Assembly (NCBI GenBank): GCA_048500095.1
Contig: JASNYQ010000002.1
Location: 653,532 to 717,531 of the forward strand
Direction of reading: 5' to 3'
Source: Thermoanaerobaculia bacterium
Lineage (GTDB): Bacteria; Acidobacteriota; Thermoanaerobaculia; Multivoradales; JAGPDF01
DNA length: 64,000 nucleotides
Below, one piece after another: positions 1 to 7,835 of the stretch (its first letter is position 1; the number at the start of each line of letters is the position of its first letter). Under the pieces are notes generated by a model. That model was not told the DNA's origin. It made no database searches and saw only the letters and a list, made by a program, of their open reading frames with translations. Both the position numbers and the translations under genes were made by a program.

Positions 1-19
1 GCCGGGCCCGCCGCGCGCC

Positions 20-532
20 TCAGAAGACGAACGCCTCGCTGTGGTCGTGGGCCGCCGAGGCGCGGTGGACGGTCCCGTCGGGGCCCTCGGCCGTGAGCCA
101 GGCGTGGGCCTCGCCGCCCCCGCTCCCGGCGCGGAAACCGAGGTGGAGCCGCACCTCGAGGCCGCAGCGCGACCAGAGCTCGAGGAGCAGGAGGGCGCGC
201 TTGAGGCAGCGCCCGTGACCCCGCGGCGGCAGCCAGGGGAGCAGCCGCTCGACGGCCCCGGCGAGGCGCTCCGGGCGTGCGAGGTGCGGCGGCAGCGGCC
301 GGCTCCGCCCCGTGGCGCGGAGCCCGGCGACGAGGGCGTCGAAGGCGAGGCGCCGCTCCCGGCGGGCGAGCCGGAGCGACGCGGCGAGGATCGCCGGGAG
401 GGCCGCGAGGAGGAAGAGGGCGTTGCGAACCAAACCGGTCGCCGAGCGTACACCCTCCGGGACGGTCGCGATCCCCGATCCGGGTGCGACCGCACCCCGC
501 TCCAGGCGTCGATCTGAGAGGATGCGAACCAT
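20..532 (-). CDS. Lasso-peptide B2-type transglutaminase-like protein (cysteine-protease fold, PF13471-like)
   Basis: C-terminal core ...GHGRCLKRALLLLELWSRCGLEVRLHLGFRAGSGGGEAHAWLTAEG... matches the conserved Cys / branched-chain / AHAWVE pattern of lasso peptide B2 (McjB C-terminal domain) proteins. N-terminal Arg/Leu-rich amphipathic region is typical of the family. Start is uncertain: ATG at 532 would overlap the divergent VWA gene, and an in-frame TTG near 438 gives a more typical ~139 aa. Confidence 0.55.
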   Translation of the reverse strand: MVRILSDRRLERGAVAPGSGIATVPEGVRSATGLVRNALFLLAALPAILAASLRLARRERRLAFDALVAGLRATGRSRPLPPHLARPERLAGAVERLLPWLPPRGHGRCLKRALLLLELWSRCGLEVRLHLGFRAGSGGGEAHAWLTAEGPDGTVHRASAAHDHSEAFVF

Positions 533-2285
533 GAGCCGCCCCCGAATCCGCCCCCGTTTCCCCTCCGGTCTCGCGCTCCTCGCCGCCGCCGGGCTCGTCC
601 TGCAGCCGCCTCTCTCCGGCCAGACCGGAGAGGGGACCTACGGCTCGTTCCTCGACCGGGTCGAGGTGGAGGTCGTCGAGGTCGACGTCCTCGTCACCGA
701 CCGCGAGGGCCAGCCGGTGCGCAACCTGCGGCGGGAGGAGTTCGAGCTCCTCGTCGACGGCCGGCCGGTCGAGATCCACTACTTCGCCGCCCCGCCCGCG
801 ACCCCCGCGGCCGTACCGGAGGGCGCCGCGCCAGGTTCCGAGCCGCCAGGCGCGCCCGAAGAGGCAGTGCCGGTGACCGAGCCCGCGACCGTGGTCGCCT
901 ACGTCGACGAGACCGCGATCCGGCCCGGGCAGCGCAACCAGCTCCTCGAGGCGTTCGGGCGCGTGCTCGCCGAGCGCCTGGCGGCCGGCGACCGGGTGCT
1001 GGTGGCGCGCTTCGACGAGGGGCTGCGCCTCCTCACCGAGCTGACGACGGATCCCGGAACAGTCACCGCAGCACTCGCCAGCGCCGCGAAGCGCGCGCCC
1101 GCGAGCATGGTCTCCCAGATGGAGGAGGCCGCGCTGCTGCAGGAGCTCGAGAGCGCCCAGGCGGGCGGGGGCGGGGGACGCTCGAGCGCCGCCGAGGAGA
1201 TGGAGGCGCTCCGGCTGCGCGCCGAGCTCGAGTCGCGGGCCTCGTTCGAGGCCGACCGCCAGCGGCGGGCGACGGCGGCGCTGGCCGACCTCGTGGGAGC
1301 CCTGGGGGGCCTGCCGGGGCGCAAGACGGTTCTGCTCGGCAGCGGCGGCTTCCTCTCCCGCCCCGCGGCCCGGCTCGGCGACATCTGGCAGCAGCGCTTC
1401 GCCGACTTCGACCCCGGCAGCGCGCTGCCCGGCGACGAGCTCGACAACGAGGCCGGCGGCCTGCAGCACGCCTTCTCGCGGCTCCTGCGCACCGCGCAGG
1501 CGACCCGCGTCACCTTCGTCACCGTGGAGGCCGGCGACGCCGCGAGCGGCCTGCCGGACGCCTCGTTCGGAGGCGGCCTCGCGGCCGCGACCTCGCTCGC
1601 CGCCAGTGGCGCCGGGCTCGAGGCGAGCGGCAGTCTCGGCGTGCTCGCGGCGGCCACCGGCGGGCGGCGCCTGAAGCTCGAGCCCCGCATCGCCGACGCC
1701 CTCTCCCGGGTCGGCACCGAGCTCGACGCCCGCTACTCGCTGGGCTTCTCCACCGGGCCCGAGGCCGGCTCCCGCTTCCACACCATCGAGGTCCGCGTCC
1801 AGCGCGACGGGCTGCGCCTCCAGCACCGGGAAGGGTTCCGCCGGCGCGCCGGGACCGACCGCGCCCTCGATGCGCTGCTCGCCACCGCCGCCCTCGGCGG
1901 CGGCGAAAACGCCATGGGCGTGACGGTCGAGACGGGCGAGCCGCGCAAGGCGCCGCGCGGCCGCCACTCCCTCGTGCCCGTCTCGGTGAAGGTCCCCCTG
2001 CGCGCCATCGCCCTGCTGCCGGAGGGGAGCGCCCAGAGCGGGCGCCTGCGCTTCACCTTCGCCCTGCGCGACGCGAGCGACCGCGTCGTCCAGCTCGAGC
2101 CCCGGCCCCTCGCCTTCTCGGTGCCGAACGCGGACCTCGCCGCCGCCCTGCGCCAGGTGGTGTCGATGAGCGTCGAGGTACCGCTCGGCACCGGGCCCCA
2201 CCGGCTGGCGGTGGGGGTGCACGACGAGATCGGGGACGCCCGCTCCACCCTCATCCTGCCGCTCGAAGGGGCCAGGCCCAAGTGA
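522..2285 (+). CDS. Secreted VWA-domain protein with N-terminal VWFA-related Acidobacterial domain (TIGR03436-like)
   Basis: Signal peptide MSRPRIRPRFPSGLALLAAAGLVL. N-terminal TYGSFLDRVEVEVVEVDVLVTDREGQPVRNLRREEFELLVDGRPVEIHYF is the diagnostic TIGR03436 block. Downstream is a VWA-like region with MIDAS-type residues. Stop overlaps the next start (ATGA). Confidence 0.75.
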   Translation: MRTMSRPRIRPRFPSGLALLAAAGLVLQPPLSGQTGEGTYGSFLDRVEVEVVEVDVLVTDREGQPVRNLRREEFELLVDGRPVEIHYFAAPPATPAAVPEGAAPGSEPPGAPEEAVPVTEPATVVAYVDETAIRPGQRNQLLEAFGRVLAERLAAGDRVLVARFDEGLRLLTELTTDPGTVTAALASAAKRAPASMVSQMEEAALLQELESAQAGGGGGRSSAAEEMEALRLRAELESRASFEADRQRRATAALADLVGALGGLPGRKTVLLGSGGFLSRPAARLGDIWQQRFADFDPGSALPGDELDNEAGGLQHAFSRLLRTAQATRVTFVTVEAGDAASGLPDASFGGGLAAATSLAASGAGLEASGSLGVLAAATGGRRLKLEPRIADALSRVGTELDARYSLGFSTGPEAGSRFHTIEVRVQRDGLRLQHREGFRRRAGTDRALDALLATAALGGGENAMGVTVETGEPRKAPRGRHSLVPVSVKVPLRAIALLPEGSAQSGRLRFTFALRDASDRVVQLEPRPLAFSVPNADLAAALRQVVSMSVEVPLGTGPHRLAVGVHDEIGDARSTLILPLEGARPK

Positions 2286-4318
2286 GACGCGCCGGCCCCG
2301 CCCCCCTGGCGTTCGCCGCCTCCGCCCTGGTCGCCGCGGTCGCCGCGCTCGCCGCGAGCCCGCTCCGGGGACAGGAGCCGATCCGCGCCCGCGGCCTCGG
2401 CGGCGCGCGCCCCGAGTCGGCGGCCCTCGCGCTCTCCGGCGGCGAGGGCGGCGACCTCCGGCTGACCGTCGCCGCCTGGCCGCTGCCCGCTCCCGAGGGG
2501 ACGGGGGGGCCGACCGTGCTCCTCGTGGTCGAGGCCGACGGGCAGAGCCTCCTGCGGCGCTCGGAGACCCCGGCCCTCCCCCTCGAGTGGACCGTCTACG
2601 CCCTCGGCGCGGACGGCGCGGTCACCGGGTTCCTCGCCGAGGGGGCGCGGATCGAGGGACGCGAGGAGGTCGTCGACACCGGGGTCCGATTCACCGCGGC
2701 GCTCGCGCTGCCGGCCGGGCTCCAGAGCCTGCGCGTGCTCGTGCGGCACCGCGCGAGCGGCGCCTTCGGCGTGCGCAAGGTGGACGTCGAGGCCGGCGCC
2801 GCCACCGGCGCCTTCGCGCTCCTCCCGCCGCCGGAGGCGGAGCCGTGGGTCGAGGTCCGGTCGGGAACGATCCCCGAAACGCCTTCCCCGCTCCTCGCCG
2901 CGCTCCTCGCCGCCGGCCCCTCGGCCCTGCCCGCGGCCCGCCCGGAGGGGGGCGGGCGGATCGCCGTCTGGCCTCCTCCGGAGGCTGCGCCGCGAGTCGA
3001 GCTCACGGCCGAAGGGGCGTCGTCGCCGGTCGCGGCGGGCGAGGCCCTGCCCGCCGCCGGCGGAGCCTCGCCAGGGGTCGCCCTCTTCGAGCTGCCGTCG
3101 CTGGCCGCCCCGCCGGGGCTCTACCGGCTCGCGCTGGCCGGTGCACCGGCGGCCGGAGCGAGGGTGGCGATCGTCCCGTCCGGAGCCGCGCTGCCTCCCC
3201 GGGGCTGGCCCGCGCTCTTCGCCCAGGCCGGCGCTCCGGTGGCCGCCGAAGCGGCCGGCGCCCCGCCCCCGGAGCCGTCCCCGGCCGAGAGCGCCGGGGC
3301 CGCGGAGCTCGAGCGCGCCTTCGCCGCCTCCTACCTCGCGGCGCTCGTGGAGCTCGGAGCCGGCGCTCCGGAGCGCGCCGTCGCCTGGCTCGCGGAGCAG
3401 GAGGCTGCGGCGGTGGCGAGCGAGCGGCGCGAGGCGCTCCGCCATCTCGGCCGGGCCCAGGACGGCGTCGTCGCCCGCCTCGCCGCGCGCGACGCCGAGG
3501 TGCTGCTCCCCATCGCCGATCTCCACCGCCGCCTCTTCGCCGCGCACCTCGGCGCCGGCCACCCCGGCCTCGCGCGCCAGTCGCTCGAGCAGGCCGTGGC
3601 GGCCACCCGCCGGTACGCGGGCGCCGCCACCGACCCGGAGGATCGCCGCCTGGCCGCGGCCTCGTTCCTGGGCCTCGCGGCCACCCTCTTCGAGTCGTCG
3701 ATCCCGCGCCGTGCCGCCGAGCTCGCGGCCGAAGCCGAGAAGCTCGTTCCGGGCCACGCGGCGGCCCTGCTCGCCCAGGTGGTGGTGCTCGAGCGGGCGC
3801 AGCAGCACCGCGAAGCCCTCTCCCTCCTCGACCGCCTGCTCAAGAGCGAGCCCGGCCATCGCGAGGCGCGCCTGCGGCGGGCGCTCGTCGACCAGCGGAC
3901 CGGGGCCAAGCGCGGCCCGGAGCGCGAGCTGCGCGCCCTGGTGGAGGAGCCGGCGCGCGACTGGGTATCCGCCGTGGCGGCCCAGGAGCTGGCGCGCCGC
4001 CTGGTCGAAGACCGCCGGGCGGAGGAGGCGGCGCGGATGCTCGCGGCGGCCGAGGCGCGGCTCGGCGAGGAGGGAGGACTGGCCGTCGCCCGGGCCTGGG
4101 CCGAGGAGCGCTCCGGACGGCGCGGCGCCGCCCTCACCCACCTCGAGCGGATCCCGCCGCCGTCGCGCCTGCGCGGCGACTCGCCGCGGCGCCGCTACGG
4201 CCGGTGGCCCGAGGAGGCGCTCCAGGCCGAGCGGCGCGCCGCGATCGAGGCCGCGCTGCTGCGCTGTCCGGTGCTGGCCGCCGCGCTCGAGGCGGCCGGC
4301 GGGGAGACCGCGAAATGA
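2282..4318 (+). CDS. Secreted TPR-repeat protein
   Basis: N-terminal signal peptide (AFAASALVAAVAALAASPLRG). Ala/Leu-rich C-terminal half has TPR-like helical repeats (ALSLLDRLLKSEPGHREARLRRAL...). Translationally coupled to both flanking VWA genes. Confidence 0.6.
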   Translation: MRRAGPAPLAFAASALVAAVAALAASPLRGQEPIRARGLGGARPESAALALSGGEGGDLRLTVAAWPLPAPEGTGGPTVLLVVEADGQSLLRRSETPALPLEWTVYALGADGAVTGFLAEGARIEGREEVVDTGVRFTAALALPAGLQSLRVLVRHRASGAFGVRKVDVEAGAATGAFALLPPPEAEPWVEVRSGTIPETPSPLLAALLAAGPSALPAARPEGGGRIAVWPPPEAAPRVELTAEGASSPVAAGEALPAAGGASPGVALFELPSLAAPPGLYRLALAGAPAAGARVAIVPSGAALPPRGWPALFAQAGAPVAAEAAGAPPPEPSPAESAGAAELERAFAASYLAALVELGAGAPERAVAWLAEQEAAAVASERREALRHLGRAQDGVVARLAARDAEVLLPIADLHRRLFAAHLGAGHPGLARQSLEQAVAATRRYAGAATDPEDRRLAAASFLGLAATLFESSIPRRAAELAAEAEKLVPGHAAALLAQVVVLERAQQHREALSLLDRLLKSEPGHREARLRRALVDQRTGAKRGPERELRALVEEPARDWVSAVAAQELARRLVEDRRAEEAARMLAAAEARLGEEGGLAVARAWAEERSGRRGAALTHLERIPPPSRLRGDSPRRRYGRWPEEALQAERRAAIEAALLRCPVLAAALEAAGGETAK

Positions 4319-5538
4319 CCGCGCGCCGTTCGACTCTCGGGGCCCTCGCCTTCGCCTTCGCCTTCGCCTTCGCCTTCGCCGTCGCCTTCGCCGTCGCCTT
4401 CGCCGTCGCGCCCGCCGCCGCCGCGCCGTTCGACGTCGCCATCGTCCGCCCGGTGCCGGGGCAGGGCGCCTTCGGTGCGGTCGAGGTGGCCGCGGAGGTT
4501 CGCGGCGCGGTTCCCGCCGTGAAGGTGGAGCTCTTCTTCCAGGGGCGCCTGGTCGCGAGCCGCACCGAGCCGCCCTGGGTCTTCCCGCTCGACGTCGGAC
4601 AGGAGAACGTCGACCGGACCTTCCGCGTCGTCGCCCACGGTCGGGACGGCAGCCTCGCCGAGGCCGAGCTGACGCTGCCGCGCATCCGGGTCGATCTCGA
4701 AATCGAGGCGCGCCTGCAGCAACTCTACGTCACCGTCACGCGCGACGGGCGCCGGGTCCTCGACCTGCCGCGCGCCCAGTTCACGGTGCTCGACGAGGGG
4801 AACCGCCAGCGGATCGTCACCTTCGAGCGCGGCGACGTCCCGCTCACCGCGGTGCTCATGGTCGACTCGAGCTTGAGCATGCGCGGCGAGCGGCTCCGGG
4901 CCGCGCTCCAGGGGGCGCGGCTCTTCGCCCGCGGCATGGCCCCCCTCGACGAGGCGATGCTGCTCCTCTTCTCCGACCGGCTCCTCTTCCGCTCCCCGTT
5001 CAACCGCGACACGGCGGTGCTCGAGCGCGGGCTCGAGAGCGTCGAGGCGACCGGCGGCACGGCGCTCAACGACCACCTCTACCTCGCCCTCCAGCTGCTC
5101 GAGCGGCGCCAGGGTCGCCGCGTCGTGGTCCTCCTCTCCGACGGCGTGGACGTCGACAGCCTGCTCCCGGTCGAGGAGGTGGTCGCGACCGCCGGGCGAA
5201 CGCAGGCGCTCGTCTACTGGCTGCGCCTGCGCGAGGGCGCCGCGGCGGCGCAGGAGGAGGGGCACCTCTCCGCCTGGCGCGACCGGGCGGGACACCGCGC
5301 CGAGATCGAAGGGCTCGCCCGGCTCGTCACCGCGAGCGGCGGGCGGATCCTCGACCTCGGCCGGATCGAGGACGCCGAGGCGGCGTTCACCGAGGTCCTC
5401 GCCGAGCTGCGCGAGCAGTACGTGCTCGGCTACTACCCGAGCGGCGCGCGGCAGAGCGGCCGCTGGCGCCGGGTCGAGGTGCGCGCGAGCGGTCCCGGCC
5501 TCGCGCTGCGCACCCGCGCGGGCTACTTCGACGAGTGA
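4315..5538 (+). CDS. Secreted VWA-domain protein with VWFA-related Acidobacterial domain (TIGR03436-like), paralog of 522-2285
   Basis: FDVAIVRPVPGQGAFGAVEVAAEVRGA...VELFFQGRLV N-domain, then VWA (TAVLMVDSSLSM...GGTALNDHL...VVLLSDGVD). Signal peptide (AF)n is encoded by a hexamer microsatellite. ATG overlaps the upstream stop. Confidence 0.75.
   Translation: MTARRSTLGALAFAFAFAFAFAVAFAVAFAVAPAAAAPFDVAIVRPVPGQGAFGAVEVAAEVRGAVPAVKVELFFQGRLVASRTEPPWVFPLDVGQENVDRTFRVVAHGRDGSLAEAELTLPRIRVDLEIEARLQQLYVTVTRDGRRVLDLPRAQFTVLDEGNRQRIVTFERGDVPLTAVLMVDSSLSMRGERLRAALQGARLFARGMAPLDEAMLLLFSDRLLFRSPFNRDTAVLERGLESVEATGGTALNDHLYLALQLLERRQGRRVVVLLSDGVDVDSLLPVEEVVATAGRTQALVYWLRLREGAAAAQEEGHLSAWRDRAGHRAEIEGLARLVTASGGRILDLGRIEDAEAAFTEVLAELREQYVLGYYPSGARQSGRWRRVEVRASGPGLALRTRAGYFDE
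4348..4408 (+). repeat. Hexanucleotide microsatellite (GCCTTC)5(GCCGTCGCCTTC)2GCCGTC inside a signal-peptide coding region
   Basis: Ten tandem GCCKTC hexamers encoding AFAFAFAFAVAFAVAFAVA, the hydrophobic core of the signal peptide of the VWA protein at 4315-5538. Confidence 0.9.
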
Positions 5539-5698
5539 ACCCACGGGAGGAGCGATCCTCTCGACCCTCCCAGTCCGCTTCATCCGCCCTCCGAAACGGG
5601 GCGTAGAGCGGTCTGCCGGGCAAGAGAGTCCGGCATCGACCGCCAAAGCGCCCCACGCGCCTCGGCCCGACCGACAGAGAAGGGAAAGGAAACGAGCC

Positions 5699-6709
5699 AT
5701 GCGCACCCTCCGCCTCTTCGCCGCCGCCGCCGTCGCCGCCGTGCTCGCCGCCCCCGCGGCCGCCGGCCCGACTCCCCTGCAGGTGATCGCCACCGTCGAC
5801 AATCAGACCGCGAACCCCGGCAACGTCGCTCGGGTGCGCGTCGTCCACGCCTCCCCGGACGCGCCGAGCGTCGACGTGCGCGTCGACGGCGGCCTCGCCT
5901 TCGCCGACGTCGCCTTCGGCGCGGCGACCGGCTACGCCTCGGTGCCGGCCGGCACCTACAACGTGCAGGTCGAGCCCGCCGGAGCGGGCAACGCCGGGCC
6001 GTTCGTGATCGACGCCGACCTCACGCTCGCGGCCGGCCAGGACTACACCGTGGTCGCCACCGACTTCCTGGCCTCCATCACCCCGATCGTCCTCGTGGAC
6101 AACAACTCGTCGCCGGCGCCCGGCAACGCGCGGGTGCGCTTCTTCCACGGCTCGCCGGACACCCCGGCGGTCGACGTCGCTCTCACCGGCGGGCCCGTGA
6201 TCTTCGCCAATGCCCCCTTCCAGGCTTCGGCCACCGGCGAGGTCCCGGGCGCCACCTACGACCTCGAGGCGCGCGTCGCCGGCACCCAGATCGTCGGTCT
6301 CTACATCCCGGGCGTCACCTTCGAGGCCGGCAAGGTCTACACCGTCTTCGCGATCGGCGAGCTCGCCGACGGCGCGGCCGACCGCACCCTCTACCTCAAC
6401 GGCGGCCGCTTCCGCGTCGAGGCCAACTGGGCCGACTTCCAGGGCAACACCGGCATCGCGCGCGCCACCGGCGAGAGCGATCTCTCCGGCGGCTTCTGGT
6501 TCTTCCACCCGCAGATCAGCGAGCTGGTGGTGAAGGTCCTCGACGGCCAGAGCACCAACGGCGCCTTCTGGGTCTTCTACGGCTCGCTCTCGAACGTCGA
6601 GTTCACGATCCGGGTCGAGGACACCGAGACCGGCGCGGTGCGCGAGTACTTCAACCCCTCGGGCACCTTCGCCAGCGTGGGCGACCCCGACGCCTTCCCG
6701 GTCAACTGA
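5699..6709 (+). CDS. Secreted DUF4397 (two repeats) protein with unassigned C-terminal domain
   Basis: Signal peptide MRTLRLFAAAAVAAVLAAPAAAG. Two RVRVVHASPDAP / RVRFFHGSPDTP ... DV...DG repeats typical of DUF4397. C-terminal ~110 aa (FWFFHPQISELVVKVLDG...FWVFYGSLSNVEFTIRVEDTETG) is not assigned. Purine-rich RBS upstream. Confidence 0.6.
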   Translation: MRTLRLFAAAAVAAVLAAPAAAGPTPLQVIATVDNQTANPGNVARVRVVHASPDAPSVDVRVDGGLAFADVAFGAATGYASVPAGTYNVQVEPAGAGNAGPFVIDADLTLAAGQDYTVVATDFLASITPIVLVDNNSSPAPGNARVRFFHGSPDTPAVDVALTGGPVIFANAPFQASATGEVPGATYDLEARVAGTQIVGLYIPGVTFEAGKVYTVFAIGELADGAADRTLYLNGGRFRVEANWADFQGNTGIARATGESDLSGGFWFFHPQISELVVKVLDGQSTNGAFWVFYGSLSNVEFTIRVEDTETGAVREYFNPSGTFASVGDPDAFPVN

Positions 6710-6744
6710 AGCGAGCCCGGCGCGGCGCGCCGGACTGCAACAAC

Positions 6745-6774
6745 GAGGCCGCTCCGCACCCGCGGGGCGGCCTC
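6745..6774. terminator. Bidirectional hairpin between convergent genes
   Basis: gaggccgc-N13-gcggcctc stem followed by ttctcg. Lies between the + gene ending at 6709 and the - gene ending at 6797. Confidence 0.5.
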
Positions 6775-6796
6775 TTCTCGTCTCGCTCGCGCGATC

Positions 6797-7168
6797 TCAG
6801 TTGAGGTGGACCCGCGCCGGGGTGCCGTGCCCGGACTCCGGCTCGAAGGCGTGGGAGAGGACGAAGAACCAGGCCGAGAAGCGCTCGTTCTCGCTCTCGG
6901 TGAGGAGGTCGAAGACGAACTCGCCCTCCGTGTCGCCGGGCGTCGCCTCCACGTAGGCCACCTGCTCCGGCTCGACGATCAGCTCCGACTGCAGGCGCTT
7001 GCCGCGGATCAGCTGCACCACGAGCCGCTCGGGTCCCTCGCTGGCGAAGTGCCAGTGCAGGTCGTCGTCGTCGTAGAGCACCGCCTCCGGGGTCCCCGCC
7101 CGCAGGATGCAGTTCGGGTGGGCGAGGAGCCAGTTCCAGAAGGCGTCGAAGGGGAGCGTGCGGGTCAT
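6797..7168 (-). CDS. Hypothetical protein (123 aa)
   Basis: ORF with high-GC3 codon usage. Bounded by a shared convergent terminator hairpin at 6745-6774. No recognisable motif. Confidence 0.4.
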   Translation of the reverse strand: MTRTLPFDAFWNWLLAHPNCILRAGTPEAVLYDDDDLHWHFASEGPERLVVQLIRGKRLQSELIVEPEQVAYVEATPGDTEGEFVFDLLTESENERFSAWFFVLSHAFEPESGHGTPARVHLN

Positions 7169-7337
7169 CGCGAGAGCGAGCCTATCCCAGCGGCTCTCCG
7201 CCGCCCGGGGGGTTCCCGGCACCCCGCTCGCGGCCCCACCCCGCGGCGTCGGCTCCCGCCCCGCCCCGCGCTCCCCCGGCGGGTGGCGCGCGGGCGGCGG
7301 TGAATCCGTACCATGCTGGGGAACCGCGGACCCTCCG

Positions 7338-7817
7338 ATGCAGAGCCTCCTCGTCGTCCTCGACCCCGGCCCCGCGACCGGCGCGCCGCTCGCCCCGCGC
7401 CTCGCCGACCAGATCGCCGGCCGGATCGCCGGCGAGCGGCCGGATCTCCGCATGGCGCACGCCGCGGGCGCTGCGCCGGCGTTGCTCGCCGAGCTGGCGC
7501 GCGCCGCCGCGGTGATCTTCCTCGACGCCCGGGAGGGCGACGGGCCCGCGAGCGTCGCGGTCGAGATGCTTCGCGCCGACGCCGAGCCGCCCGGACCGCC
7601 GGAGGCGCTCCTCTCGCGAGTCGCGGCGCCGGAGGCGCTGCTGCGGCAGGCCGCGGCGCTCGGCAGCGCGCCCGCGCGCGCTGCTTCCGTGACGCTCCTG
7701 CGCGGCGCGGGAGAGAACCCTCCGCCGCCGGAGGCAGGAGGGGACGACGACGCGGTGGCGCTCGCCGTGCGCTGCGTGCTGCGCCTGCTCGAGGAGTGGG
7801 AGCTCGAGCTCGCCTGA
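7338..7817 (+). CDS. Hypothetical protein, hydrogenase-maturation-protease-like (HyaD/HybD/HycI fold), probably degenerate
   Basis: LLVVLDPGP...AAVIFLDAREGDGPASVAVEML parallels the ILVLGVGN / IIADAI..G.PG block architecture of hydrogenase maturation endopeptidases. The His metal ligand is not evident. No hydrogenase genes in the window. Confidence 0.35.
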   Translation: MQSLLVVLDPGPATGAPLAPRLADQIAGRIAGERPDLRMAHAAGAAPALLAELARAAAVIFLDAREGDGPASVAVEMLRADAEPPGPPEALLSRVAAPEALLRQAAALGSAPARAASVTLLRGAGENPPPPEAGGDDDAVALAVRCVLRLLEEWELELA

Positions 7818-7835
7818 AGCGAGCCCGGTCCCGTT

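Noticed and set aside
1733-4141. 802-aa ORF on the minus strand antisense to the VWA and TPR genes
   Set aside because: It lies entirely antisense to genes with strong family signatures. The translation is Arg/Gly/Pro-rich low complexity, typical of out-of-frame high-GC DNA, with no motifs.
3141-5606. 821-aa plus-strand ORF spanning the TPR/VWA gene junction
   Set aside because: It is out of frame with both the TPR and VWA genes, which have signal peptides, family motifs and coupled start/stop codons. The translation is Arg/Pro/Ala low complexity.
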